The translations under genes and the position numbers were made by a program. Below are positions 38,779-60,946 of a DNA stretch of 64,000 nt, piece by piece. The first letter of the stretch is position 1. Every line of letters begins with the position of its first letter. Source of the DNA: the human T2T-CHM13v2.0 reference genome, Homo sapiens. The stretch lies in NCBI RefSeq assembly GCF_009914755.1, contig NC_060948.1. One strand, 5' to 3'. Below the pieces are notes generated by a model. That model saw only the letters and a program-made list of their open reading frames with translations, made no database searches and had not been told where the DNA came from.

Positions 38779-39008
38779 GAAGAGAGAGAGACAGAAAGAG
38801 AGACAAAACGAGAGAAAGAAAGAGAAAGAGAGTGGTGATCATGCCAGTTATAATAATAAGAAAGAGAGAGAGAGACAAAGAGGGAGAGAGAGAAAGAGCG
38901 AGAGAGGTAGAAAGAGAAAGGAAGAGAGAGAAGGAGAGAAAAGAGAGAGAAAGAGGGGGAGAAAGAGAGACAGAGAGAGTGAGAGAGAGAGAAAGAAAGA
39001 GAGAGATA
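38083..39008. repeat. (GA)n-rich polypurine tract with an internal ~425-bp duplication
   Basis: GGTGATCATGCCA.TTATAATAATAAGAAAGAG occurs at ~38409 and ~38834. Confidence 0.9.
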
Positions 39009-39320
39009 CGGCCTGGCGTGGTGGCTCACGCCTGTCATCCCAGCACTTTGGGAGGCTGAGGCGGGCAGATCACGAGGTCAGGAGATCGAGACCATCCTGA
39101 CTAACACGGTGAAACCCCGTCTCTACTAAAAATACAAAAAAATTAGCCGGGCGTGGTGGTGGGTGCCTGTAGTCCCAGGTACTCAGGAGGCTGAGGCAGG
39201 AGAATGGTGTGAACCCGGGAGGCGGAGGTTGCAGTGAGCCGAGATCGCGCCACTGCACTCTGGCCTGGGTGAAAGAGCAAGAGTCATCTGTCTCAAAAAA
39301 AAAAAAAAAAAAAAAAAGAG
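39009..39320 (+). mobile_element. AluY, sense
   Basis: AluY diagnostic bases and long poly(A). Confidence 0.88.
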
Positions 39321-39874
39321 AGAGAGAGAGACAGAAACAGAGACAGAGAGAGAGAAAGAGAGAGAGATCTGGGGCAACTTCTGAGATGCAAGCAGGAATG
39401 GAGATGGAAACCTGTAGGATCCCGACCAAAGAAGTGGATTAAAATCACCCACGGCTTACGAGTAGCATTGGATAGAGTCACAGCTCGTAGAGTGAGAACA
39501 CGGAAAGAAAAAATTCCATTGAATGCATTGATGACCTGTCCATGACAAAATCCTTCCTGCATAGAACGTGCAAAGCCAAAGCATTCGACCAAACAGTCTT
39601 GGATTCTTGGTTCAACTGGAGCTGCTGATTGGAGCCTTCAAAAAAAAATTGCCTTTTAATTGTATGAAGGGTAAAGTGCATCCCACATGTGGCCCAAGAC
39701 AACGCACGTGATCTGTTTGGTTACAACGTAGGTCCGTGGACGTCTAGCCGTCTATCTGGCAGACTCAGGCAAGAGCCACCTCCAATGATGGGCTTTTCAT
39801 CATGGGTACACCTGTGCTGTGATTGTCTCAGAATCATGACTGTCTCAGAATCATTATGGCTGCTCTAGAAGAAA

Positions 39875-40145
39875 CTCTGTCACCCAGGCTGGAGTGCAGT
39901 GGTGTCATCACGGCTCACTGCAACCTCAACCCCTCGGGGCTGCAGCAATCCTCCTACCTCAGCTTCCCAAGTAGCTGCGACTCCTGACGTGTGACATGTA
40001 CCCGGGTGATTTTTGTATTTTTTTTTTTTAGACATGGGGTCTTGCTATGTTGCCCAGGCTGGTCTCAAACTTCTGAGCTCATGGCATTTGCCCGCTTCAG
40101 CCTCCCAAAGTGCTGGGATTACAGGTGTGAGCCACTGCATCTCCC
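39875..40145 (-). mobile_element. AluJ, antisense
   Basis: Diverged Alu consensus. Confidence 0.8.
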
Positions 40146-40575
40146 ACCAGAATTATATTTTGGAAATATATTTGGAAAACCATTCAGGCTCCAGTGTGGA
40201 GACTGGATTGCAGGGGAGGGCTGGTTTAATAGGAGGAAGAGATATCCAGAGGCAAGAGTTGTTTCCTCCGGGGAGGAGGTGGTAACCGTCAGAACAGCGC
40301 TGGCCCGTGGAAGGCAGAGAAACAGATGCATTTCAATGCGGCTGTATCGAGAGGCTGGAATGGCTGATTGTACTGTCTTTTGGTTCACAGGTGTGGGCCA
40401 TTGTGATGAAATCACCAAGGCGTTCAGAGCCAACTTCATTGTTCAGAGGCAGGCATTGCATGAGGCTGCTAGCAGGGGTGGGAATAGAACACAGATCCTC
40501 CAACATGCTTCCTGCTACCAGGTGTCATGAAGCCAAATGTCCACTGAGATGGACTGCAACCATCCCACACACCCC

Positions 40576-41166
40576 TGTTTGAAATGCTTGTTCCCCTGTG
40601 CCATCAAGAAACAGCACTTGAACATAATTTTAATTTATTTAGTAAGGCCATTTTTATACTTTCTGCAGAAAGGGTACACTCACCAGCAGTTCTGCCATGA
40701 GAGTACAGCGAACAAAGGGGACAGGGTCGTTTATAACCTGACGCGTCCACCCTACTGCCGTGTCTGGTTTCCATTGGCTGGAACGGGACCTCACATTCTG
40801 TATTTGTCCCGACTGGCCAGCAACTTAGAACTTTTAAAAAGAGGCAAAGGTAGAGGAGAACAAAGGAAGGAGGAAGTAATTTGTGGAATGCTGAGAAAGG
40901 TAAAAGCACTTTTAAATAAAGAAGAGGAACAGGCTATGACGTAATGCTTGCTTGGACCAGTATAAGCATGCCAGGACAAATATTTAGGCTAAATTGTGGG
41001 AGCTAAGAACATAAAGTACATTGATTTCTTTATTACGGCCAGCAGATATTTAAGAACGTTAGCACAGTTCTTTGCATAAATTTTGCTTCTAAGAGAAGTT
41101 ACTATTTATTCCTAATTAGACGGGGAGGGAAGTCTTTGAAGAGGAACCTCTATTTTACTTTTTACA
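40576..41166 (-). mobile_element. Solo ERV1 LTR, LTR10 family (LTR10C-like)
   Basis: TG...CA termini and 4-bp TSD CCCC (40572-75, 41167-70). Minus strand starts TGTAAAAAGTAAAATAGAGGTTCCTCTTCAAAGAC. Subfamily recalled from memory. Confidence 0.75.
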
Positions 41167-41354
41167 CCCCAAATTCAAGCTCTCAGTGCTTTAACCCAAG
41201 ACAAAAAAAAAAGCACCAACCACCTTCATTTTTTTTTAGAATGACCCAGGATAGAGATGACTGTGGTCTCAACTGTTGCAAAGTAGACCTCATTCTGTAA
41301 GGAGCTCCTGTAACCCTGATACTAAGAGAATGCAGAGGGTTTCCTTTCCTTTTC

Positions 41355-41389
<35 letters not shown>

Positions 41390-41762
41390 GACATACGTTG
41401 TAAATTTTTTTCTCCCCCTCTGGCTCTGTTCCACTCTGGATTTGATTAATTACCAAGGTGTTTGGAAAGGTTCTCTGTGCTGTGGGGACTAGGCAATTGA
41501 TTTACAAAGTGTGTACACGGTCTTTCATTCAACAATTGTAAATTCCCATCAAAGGAAGTCATTTGCACGGGCGTTCCGGTTCACGGATTGTAGCCAAAGC
41601 CCTCATGTTGGGGACACAACCCATTTTTGTTAACATAAGTGTGTGGGTTTCAATATGATTGCAATTATTATATGCAATCATATAATAATTGTGTGGCCTC
41701 TAAGTTCACACTGCAGATAAACAATGACAAGCTGTGTTTTGCAGGTTTTTGGCTAAACCAAC

Positions 41763-42483
41763 TGACAGGGTTTGGCTGTGTCCCCACCCAAATCTCATCT
41801 TGAATTGTAGCTGCCACAATTCCCACGTTTCATCGGAAGGACCCAGTGATAGGTAATTGAATCGTGGGGGGCGGGGCTTTCCCGTGCTGTTCTCGCGATA
41901 GAGAATAAGTCTCACGAGATCTCACGGTTTTATAAAGGGGGCGGCCCCTCCACAAGCTTCTTGCCGGCTGCCATGGAAGACGTGGCTTTGCTCCCTCTTT
42001 GCCTTCCACCGTGATTGTGAGGCCTCCCCAGCTATGCAGAACTGTGAGTTCATTAAAACTCTTTCCTTTATAAATTACCCAGTTTCAGATATGTCTTTTT
42101 CTTTTTCTTTCTTTCTTTCTTTCTTTCTCTTTCTTTCTTTTTCTTTTCTTTCTTTTCTTTCTTTCTTTCCTCCCTTCCTTCCTTTCCTCCTTTCTTTTCT
42201 TTTTCTTTCTTTCTTTCTTTCTTTCCTTCCTTCCTTCTTTCTTTCTTTCCTGCTTTCTTTTCTTTCTTTCTTTGTCTTTCTTTCTTTCCTTTCTTCTTTC
42301 TTTCTTTCCTCCTTTCCTTTCTTTCTTTCTTTCTTTCTTGGTCTTTCTTTCTCTTTCTCTTTCTTTCTTTCCTTCCTTCCTTCTTTCTTTCTTTTTCTTC
42401 CCTTCCTTCCTTTGTCTTTCTTTCCTCCTTTCTCTCTTTCTTTCTTTCCTCCTTTCTTTCTCTCTTTCTTTTCTCCTTTCTTT

Positions 42484-42526
<43 letters not shown>

Positions 42527-42962
42527 CTTTCTTCCTTTCTTTCTCTCTATCTCTCTTTCCTTCCTTCCTTCTTCTTCTTTCTTTCTCTCTGTCTCTTTCT
42601 TTCTCTTTCTTTCTTTTTTTCTTTCTATTTATTTATTTTGAGACAGAGCCTTGCTCTGATGCCCAGGCTGGAGTGCAATGGCATGATCTCAACTCACAGC
42701 AACCTCCGCCTCCAGGGTTCAAGCTATTCCCCTGCCTCAGCCTCCCGAGTAGCTGTATTTATAGGCATGCACCACCTCGCCTGGCTAATTTTGTATTTTT
42801 AGTAAAGGCAGGGTTTCACCATATTGGTCAGGCTGGTCTTGAACTCCTGGCCTCAGGTGATCCGCCTGCCTCGGCCTCCCAAAGTGCTGGGATGACAGGC
42901 ATAAGCCACCATGCCTGGCCCCAGAAATGCCTTTATTAGCAGCATGAGAACAGACTAATCTA
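41763..42962 (+). mobile_element. THE1-type MaLR LTR interrupted by an antisense Alu (42630-42920) with a ~530-bp (TTTC)n tail
   Basis: TTTGGCTGTGTCCCCACCCAAATCTCATCTTGAATTGTAGCT start. LTR end resumes as CTTTATTAGCAGCATGAGAACAGACTAAT at ~42930. Confidence 0.85.
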
Positions 42963-43810
42963 CCCACTCAAGCAGACTTAAGATTCGTTAATGCTTTCTT
43001 TGCTGCAGCGGCATAGATGCTCTTGGAGGTGGTCAGCCTCGCCAAGCCATCTTTGAGATTTTGCTCACGTATTCCTCCAGTAACATGGCGAAGTTTCGCC
43101 TGACCGTTTTCCCCCGGACCCCGGACGTTCACATCTCGATGAGTTTGTGACGGCTTGGAGTGATGGGTTGAGTCACGAATGGATCTCCTCTCCCAACATA
43201 ACCAGGTGCTCTAATGAAATGAGTTTTATTCAAAGTCTCTGTCTCCTAATGCTGCGGGAAAAAAAGATAAATGGAACAATTCTTCTAGCAAATGCATTGC
43301 ACAAAACAGCAGCATATTGCTTATGAAGTTTAATTTCCTAATAGTTCATGAGGTGTAATTTACCTGCCTTCGCTTCTGGGGAAATGGATTCGGGCTCATG
43401 ACAAGATGGAATGGCTACCCGTGATATTGCTTTTCTTGTTGAACTGCGGTCTGAATCCAGTGAAATTTGCATGCTGCTGGAAGTCCGTGGAATTACAGCA
43501 TTTCCCTTTTAACTTTTTATTGTGATTCTTATTATTGCATAGCCCCCGAGTATTCCGTGAACATGCTTTTATTTAATCAGCATTTTATTTAATCAGCATC
43601 CTATTTATTTTTATATGATGCCAATATTGCCTGGACAAACGTAGATGTTTTGGTGCTTGAAGTATTTTGGTACGTGGATTATTTTTTTTTTTTTTCAAAA
43701 CTGAAATCACACAGAACTTCAAAGTTTGAGCTTTGCTTTGATAGGAGAATATGGCCAATTATGAGACGCGGATTAATGGCTGCCTGCTTTGTCTTGCATC
43801 TTCTATTTTA

Positions 43811-44835
<1,025 letters not shown>

Positions 44836-45094
44836 TCAAAATAAAAATTATTGCTAGAGCTATTGTAGGGTGTATGCATGGGAAATAAAGGGCTAAGGTT
44901 TCCACTGGAAACTTTGTTCCTGTAACACAGGAAGTTTATCATCCTGTAGGAGTGAAATGTGTGGTTACAGTGGAGCAGGGGCCGTAAGGATTCTGGAAAT
45001 ATTTTTAATGTATCTCCTGGGTCCAAGGTTTCAATGTATTCTTCTGTTGCTGGAAGAACTGTGGGCCAGAGTGGTGATTAGAAAACTGCAAATC

Positions 45095-45640
<546 letters not shown>

Positions 45641-45869
45641 CATGTGTGATCACCATGGCTGTCTGCCCAGCATCACTCCTCGGCTCCACCCATCAGAAAT
45701 GCCTCTCAGATGTACAGACATAGGCTAGAAAGCTGGTAACCCGATTTCCCCACAGGTTGCTCACTCTCACCTTGGGTTGACCTTGGCTTTCTCATCCCAG
45801 AGTCTTCCCTGGGGACCTGTCACCCCGGAGCTTGTCCCCTGAGCTCAGCTGGTCTTCAGCATCCAGTTA

Positions 45870-46985
45870 GTGTTTAGTAGGTACTTATGTACTTAGTAGG
45901 TACTTACGTGCTTAGTAGGAGCTTATGTGCTTACTAAGAGCTCACATGCTTGGCAGGACCTTATGTGCTTAATAGCTGCTCACGTGCTTAGTAGGAGCTC
46001 ATGTGCTTAGTAGGCCCTTATGTGCTTAGTAGGAGCTCACGTGCTTAGTAGGAGCTCACGTGCATAGGTGCTTACATGCTTAGTAGGAGCTCATACAGTT
46101 AGTAGGAACTCACACGCTTAGCAGGAGATCACGTGCTTAGTAGGAGCTTATGAGCTTAGTAGGTCCTTCTGTGCTTAGTAGGAGCTCATGTGGTCAGTGG
46201 GTGCTACGTGCTTAGTAGGAGCTGACGTGGTTAGTAGGAGCTTATATGCTTGGCAGGTCCTTATGTGCTTGCTTACTAGGAGCTTACGTGCTTAGCAGGA
46301 GTTCACGTGCTTAGTAGGTTTTTATGTGCTTCCTAGGAACTCACGTGGTTAGTAGGAGCTTATGAGCTTAGTAGGTCCTTACGTGCTTAGTTGGTGCTTA
46401 TGTGCTTAGTAGGAGCTCACGTGCTTAGTAGGACCTTACATGCTTAGCACGAGCTCACGTGCTTAGTAGGGGCTCACATGCTTAGTAAGAACTCATGTGC
46501 TTAGTTAACAGCTCACATGCTTAGTAGGTGCTTACATGCTTAATAGGAGCTCGTGAGCTTAGTAGGGGCTCACGTGCTTAGTAGGTTTTAATGTGCTTAC
46601 TAGGAGCTCACGTGCTTAGTAGGTGCTCATATGCTTAGTAGGAGCTTACGTGCTTAGCAGGAGCTCACGTGCTTAGTAGGTTTTTATGTGCTTAGTAGGA
46701 GCTCACGTGCTTAGTAGGAGCTTCTGAGCTTAGTAGGTCCTTCCGTGCTTAGTAGGCATTCATGTGCTTAGTGGGTGCTATGTGCTTAGTAGGAGCTCAT
46801 GTGATTAGGAGCTTATGTGTGTAGCAGGTCCTTATGGCTTAGTAGGTGCTTCCATGCTTAGTTAGGCCCTCATGTGCTTAGTGGGTGCTATGTGCTTAGT
46901 AGGAGCTCAAGTGGTTAGTAGGAGCTTCTGTGCTTAGCAGGTCCTTATGTGCTTAGTAGGAGCTTACATACTTAGTAGGAGCTTG
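45870..46985. repeat. 19-bp minisatellite GTGCTTAGTAGGAGCTCAC (~55-60 degenerate units)
   Basis: Unit visible directly. Confidence 0.95.
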
Positions 46986-47074
46986 CACATGGATGGTCTG
47001 GGAGCCCTCAGAGGCTGCCCTCATGGGTATTTGTAATTAAAAGGTAAATTAGTCTGGTGTGCCTGGGGTACAAA

Positions 47075-47885
<811 letters not shown>

Positions 47886-48335
47886 ATGTGAGTTGGGGGA
47901 TAGGCGGGGGCCAGGGCTGGGTGGGTGAGTGCTGTGACATTCTTTCCTCTATTCAAGTTCCTAACCAACCACCCCTCTGGAACTCACCCCAGAATCGCAG
48001 GGATTTCTAGAGACTTTTGAAAATCACAACTGAGAATAGAACTCGAGCCTCAGTTTCCACTTCATCCCAAGTGAAAATGAAGTAAAACATAGCACATGGC
48101 AGGCTCCCCGCAGAGCAGGGCTGAATCGGGATGGGAGCTGGGAAATGGGGCACACTGCCCCTTTGCTTGATGGGTCTTTCAGGAAACAGAGGCTGCAACA
48201 TTCTAGTTTCTGTATAAAGCCGGGACGCACACATTGTATTCCTTTACTTAACAAACACCTGTCTATTGAGGAGTTATTCAATATAGGGTACCATCTTCAA
48301 GGTCCACAGTTTTACAGTTGGATTTCCCCCCGACC

Positions 48336-48945
<610 letters not shown>

Positions 48946-49485
48946 GAGAAACTTCTACCTATGACCTGGGTGAAGGTTCAGGAAACAAAACCCTCCATGG
49001 TAAGGGGCGTAAACCTGTGTGAGGGATCCTTCCTTTTACATAAACATCACTATTTTTCTTCCTGAGAACCATTAGCAGTTAATGAACTAGGAGAAAGTCA
49101 ATAATTAATGATTTTGAGGTCAGGGGCGTTTGCAGGACGGAACACCCTAAACGGTGGCCTCCGACTACCCGACGCCAGGTCTTTCTTCTCTGTTTATTCC
49201 TGGGTGGTGTTTATTCTGGGTTCTTGGGACAATCGGCTTCTGGTGGTCCTACCTGGCTTCGTGGCTTGTCCAGGGCTGTGATGTACAGAACGGACAATTT
49301 AACAACTTAGGGATATGCTATTACTCCATCCTTTTACTGTGACCTTCAAATACCCTAAAATAGTTGGTTTCATTCTGGGCACAGAAGGCTTTCCATCTGA
49401 AATGTCAGATTGCACGACCGAACTGTTCACTGTTATCCAGGGATAGAATGATGGGGTTTAGGTGGGGGTGCTGCGGAAGGAGGCT

Positions 49486-49950
<465 letters not shown>

Positions 49951-50101
49951 TAAAATATATGTTTTGAAAGCAATTTTGAAATATACGATCCACCATTATG
50001 AACTATAGTCACCATGCTGTACAATACAGCACCAAAACTTATCATAACATCACCTTTTACTCCGTAAATATACAGTTATTATTTGTTAATTAAAAATTTA
50101 T

Positions 50102-50841
<740 letters not shown>

Positions 50842-51879
50842 TCACACAAGAAGGATTTTCGTTACTCTCAGATAATTTCCACGTACATCTGCTGCTTGGT
50901 TTTATTTTTTTCTCACGATTGTTTTTTTTTTTTCCTGGTGTTTTCTGGGGCCAAATTCAACTGCTTAGCACCATTTCTGGAGCTTTCCTCTTTGCACAAA
51001 GGACGTTCCCCTGGCATAAGACGCAGGTGCAGAGACAGAGAGACAGAGCTCCTCAATTACGGTTTGACAGATATTCCCAACCAGCCTTCTGGCCTCCCGG
51101 TACCTGGGGCATCTTAGTAGACACTCGCGCTGCAAAGATCTTGCTTGCATTCATTAAACACGACTGCTAATAACGTCGAGAGAATGCTTTGCAGCCTCGA
51201 ACGGTGAGCGCCTGATCTCCCTTCAAGACCTCATTAATCTTCTGATGTCCTCACGGCTCCGCGCCAGGTTACCTTTAAAAGGACAGCATTTGATGAAGGC
51301 AGAGATAAATTCTGTAGGCTGTACGGACGCCAATGGCGCCCTGAGACAGGCGGAGAGAGGTGGTTTGTCTTCACTGTCCCTTTGATAAAGATAAAGTGGG
51401 ATATGCGATTTATTGCCGTCCTGCAGCCACAGCCCACGCCATGGAAATCAAATGCTTTTTAGAAAGTGGTCTTTTAGTGATCTGATTATTCAGCCCTGTG
51501 GCCATAGCTAATGGTTGTCCACCCCAAAATCCATCCCTCCTCTTCCCACCGTGAACACAAAGTTAGACTTTTCTCAGTTTTGGTTGGGATTGATTAAGTA
51601 CTTGAGTTTCAGGAAACAGGAATGGCAGGTGCGCCTTTTGGATTTGAGCCTCAGAACAGAATCTCGCATACTATCTCGTGCTGGCCAGCAGGGACCCTGG
51701 AAGATCCAGCTCTGAACAGGAAGAAAATGAGAAGGCCACAGGGGCCTCTGGAGCAGCCTGGGTCCCTGAGTGACTGTGTGGAGCAGAGCATCTGGTACTA
51801 TGGAGAGCTCCTGTGGGGCTGTTGTGAGAAACAGAAGGAAATAAACTGATAATACAGGGGTCTTTTTTCATTTTGTTCA

Positions 51880-52180
<301 letters not shown>

Positions 52181-52616
52181 ACAAGACTCTGGGTGTCTTT
52201 GTTACAGTTGTCCAGCATTGCTCTAACTGACAAGCCCCATTCTTGCGATCTATGGGAATGGAAACACAGGTCTTTTGACCCAAGGGCTTTCAGTATGTGA
52301 GGTAGAGAAATGTTTTATTTTTCTGCACCCACCAATATGGTGGAGTCTTGGCCAACTACGGAGGTAGGTGGGAAATGCCTGGCTGGAGTGCACCAGAGTT
52401 TGGCGAGAAGAAGCTTCTGGAAGTGTTTAACTCTGGCTGTATGGTGACCTCACTGTTCCCTGTGGGGCCCACTCTGGTGGAAGGGCACAGGGGTGAGTGG
52501 GGTGTCAGCCTCAAGACCTAAAGACCTGCGTGAGGCCAGCGAAAACCAAACATCGCATAAAATAAGGTGAAGCTGGCTAGGTCAAGTGGCTCGTGTCTGT
52601 AATCCCAGCACTTTGA

Positions 52617-53673
<1,057 letters not shown>

Positions 53674-53846
53674 CCTATTATCTTTCCAGGGCCTGAGACA
53701 GAGGACAGTTTTTCATCTTCACAGTCAGAGTGAATCCTGTTTCCTCATGACCTCTCATCCTCCATCCAGTCCATATCCCCATCTAGCAGCCGCCATGTTT
53801 CATTTGCCCATTAGGATATTTGACTGGTGGGTGGTGCAGGATTTTA

Positions 53847-54545
<699 letters not shown>

Positions 54546-55027
54546 TCATTTTTAAGAAGCTCACTTGCCTCCGGACTGTGAATTATTGAGCTGTGAATAT
54601 TGCAGGAGGGATTATTTCCCATAAATCGCGGACCGCTGCAAATGCTTCATAATCAGAATATGTCAAATGTTGCACAACCGGGAACCAAGTTGGTTTACAA
54701 CTTCCTGCCAGAATGAAGAACAGGACGGGTTGGCGCGTGACGGCGAACGGAAAAATGTCCTGTTTCCCTGTCCCAACTCCATAAGCACCGGCCATAATCA
54801 CGCTCATATAAACGAAGCCATTAGAGGCGGTTGACATTTTCATATTTTCATCTGTGACTGGAACGTCCGGCTCAACAATAATAAAAAAATTAAGGGAACT
54901 TACAGGAAGCTTTGCTTGCAACAGCTCAGATGCATGAAGCAGCCGTCACTCTCTGAAGGGTGGTGTTGCAGAAAAGGCAGACAAGTGAGGTGTTCCCCTG
55001 GCCGGCAGGTACACGGGAGCATTTTGA

Positions 55028-55590
<563 letters not shown>

Positions 55591-55689
55591 TAAGAAGGAC
55601 CCTTTTGAGAAGGCATTTCTCTAAGCGCCGAACCTGTGACTTTTGGGACCCTGGACCTCAACTTGCAGATGCCTTGTGTGCTGGTGGAA

Positions 55690-57172
<1,483 letters not shown>

Positions 57173-57207
57173 ACTCTGTGTGTCTTCCCTTTCATCCTCA
57201 TCGCCTT

Positions 57208-57721
57208 TGTGAAAGGAAAGGAAATCTCAGGACCCCCAAATTACTAAGCCAAAGAGAAAAGTCAAACTGGGAACTTTGTCCCACAGACCTGCCTTCCATT
57301 CTCTTTGTAAATAAGATGTTACCAAGATCAAAAAGCTACATACCTCCCTCACCATTGGCCCACAAGGAAATTCCTTGTGGAGGGAGGACAAGTGACGATC
57401 CCTGTAAATTATGCATTTAGCCAAAGGCTAATCAGAAACTCAAAAGAATGCAACCATTGGTCTCTTATCTGCCTGTAACCTGGAAGACTCCTCCTGGCTT
57501 CGAGTTATTCTGACTTTCCAGACTGAACCCACGCACGTCTCACACATATTGATTGATGTCTCACGTCTCCCTAAAATGTATAAAACCAAGCTGTGCCCTG
57601 ACCATCTTGGGCACCTGTCATCAGGACCTCCTGAGGCTGTGTCACGGGCGCACGTCCTCAACCTTGGCAAAGTAAACTTGTCAAATGGGTTGGGACCTGT
57701 CTCAGATATTTTGGGCTCACC
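57208..57721 (+). mobile_element. MER4-family ERV1 LTR
   Basis: TGTGAAAGGAAA..AAATCT..GGACCCC..A.TAAGCCAAAG.GAAAAGTCAA start. CCCTAAAATGTATAAAACCAAGCTG core. Confidence 0.8.
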
Positions 57722-58236
57722 CCTTCCAAGCAGAAGGAAAGGAGGCTGCCTTTGGGTCATGTTGTTTCCCAAAATGTCCTGTCTGTGGCTGTTGTCCAGG
57801 GGAGGCAAGGTTGACTCTCTCGTTCAGCTCCCGATCTTCGATGTAGAGAGGGGACGGGGTGCAGTGTGGGTTCCCACCTGCAGCAGCTCTGAAGTATGTG
57901 ACTGAGCTCCTGACCTCAGGGACAGTGACCCCTGCCCCCAACAGGTGGTGTTATAACCCCACCCCTCAGTGCCCCTGTGATCCTGCCCAGCCCTAGCCAA
58001 GGAAGGCGTGTCCCCCTACAAGGAGTGGGTGGTGGGGGCTGCTCAGATGGAAAGCAGGAAAGATGTTCCCCAGAACCTATGGAGGTGGAGGGCATACACA
58101 GCCCATGAGCGGTAGCTACCCGGCTCACCCATGGTGCAGACCCCATCAGAGCTACGTTCCTGCTATGAGAGGAGAACATCCCACTCTGTGGGTGAACAGA
58201 GCCTCGTGTACCTCCAAGTCCACTGATGGACATTGA

Positions 58237-58677
<441 letters not shown>

Positions 58678-59261
58678 TGAGATGGAGTTCAGGGTTCTCT
58701 GGGTGGTGATTAAAATGACCCAGAACTAGATGGAGGTGGTGGTTGTACAACGTAATGAAAGCACTCAGAGTTACTGAATTGTGTGCACTTTATCATGGTG
58801 AATGGTTAATTTTAGGTTACGTGCATTTCACTTCAATGGAAAACAAAACACACTCATCCACAGACCCTCCCTCCCAAACCATGGCACCCACGTGGCGTGG
58901 CACACTTTGGGGTCCCATGTCCATCAGGGTGATCACAGGCATCACAAAGCTCAGGCCCGTGGGAAGATAAACGTTTCCAGATTCCTGCAGTCAGGCAGCG
59001 CTGGTTGTTCCTGAATGTCATAGAGTCAGGGACAAAATCAATGTCAGCGGAATCACGTGTGGGTTTTAGGGAGAGGGATGAATATCTAAATCCTCCTATA
59101 AATCCCCTTTTCCTTAGAGAATCTGCTCATTTCATCAGGAAGTCATTGTTAATTTTATTTTCTATTTTGTGTAATTCTTTTTATTTTTTTTAAACTATTT
59201 GCCACTCAGGGGACACGACGCACATCTCGTTTATCTTCAAGTCACTAACTTCATGCAATAA

Positions 59262-59626
<365 letters not shown>

Positions 59627-59664
59627 TGGAAACCAGTTTTGATAATCCTGTCAAACTTTCCTGT

Positions 59665-59880
59665 TTTGTTCTGCTGTGATTTACTACCAGGAACTGGGTA
59701 ATTTATAAAGACAGACATTTATTTTCTCACAGTTCTGGAGGCTGGGAAGTCCAAGACCAAGGCACCATCATCTGGTGAGGAACTTCTTGCTGTGTCAGCC
59801 CATGGAGAAAGAGCAAAGAGAGGAGAAAGAGAGAGACAGAGACAGAGGCAGAGAGAGAGAAAGGAAGAGGGGGCCAAATT
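59665..59880 (-). mobile_element. MST-type LTR fragment, antisense
   Basis: Reverse complement of ~60745-60915. Confidence 0.8.
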
Positions 59881-60531
59881 CCATCCTGGGTGATGAGTAA
59901 GAATCTGTCTCTAAAAAATAAAAGAAAAACAACATCACAAACTGGTTTCCAGGCTGGAAACCAGTTTTACAGCTCTGTTAAAAGAGATGAGAAATGCTGC
60001 GTGGTAGATGCAACCTGATTTCTGGGGTCATTGATGTTCAACTCCCTTGGGCGTCATTTCTAAGCCAAAATTATAGGACAGGATGCTCTGAGATTAGACC
60101 TCTTTATCTCTTCTCCTCACCTCAACCTCAAGCCTCCCAAATTCCAGAGCTCTATCAGAACACAATGAATATAAAAGTATCCTAGGAACTGAGAAGCGAG
60201 AAGAAGGGGAAAGATGATGACATCATGGGAGGAATGGAAGAAAAAGGGGTGAGTCATTCCCTTGAGTTTCTTGGGAAACAGTCAATGCAGGGAGAAATAA
60301 CACTGAGTTGGAGGTGGCTGCTGGCTCAGGGAACTGCATGAAAGCCAGTGAGCATCATGTGGTTTATAAGTAAATGAGCAATTTCTGCCTCACCGTGCAG
60401 AACATAGAGAAACCCCTCCTGAGAATGTAAAGACAAAAACTCATATTATTTGCAATATGTCATGGACATGGAGCAATACAAATCTCTGATTGCACCATAG
60501 ATGTTACGATTGACTTCCAGGGTTTGCAAGA

Positions 60532-60946
60532 GCTATGGTTTGCGTATTTCTCCCCTCTCAAATGCATGTTGAAATGTAATTGCTATTGCAACAGTGTTGA
60601 GAGGTGAGACGTTTAAGAGGCCATCAGTCCATGAGGGCTCTGCTGTCGTGAATGGTTTAATGCTGTTATGGAAAGAGTGAGTTCCCTGTGAGAGAATGAG
60701 TTTGAGCCCCTCTCGCTCTCTTTCTCTCTTTCTAAAAGAATAAGTTTGGCCCCCTCTTGCTGTCTCTCTCTCTCCTCTCTTTGCTTTTTCTCCATGGGCT
60801 GACACAGCAAGAAGGTCCTCACCAGATGATGGTGCCTTGGTCTTGGACTTCCCAGACTCCAGAACAGTGAGAAAATAAATGTCTCTTCTTTATAAATTAC
60901 CCAGTTCCTGGTAGTCTGTTACGGCAGCAAAAAACAGACTAAGACA
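60532..60946 (+). mobile_element. MST-type MaLR LTR, sense, near full length
   Basis: GCTATGGTTTG start; TTATAAATTACCCAG...AAACAGACTAAGACA end. Confidence 0.82.
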
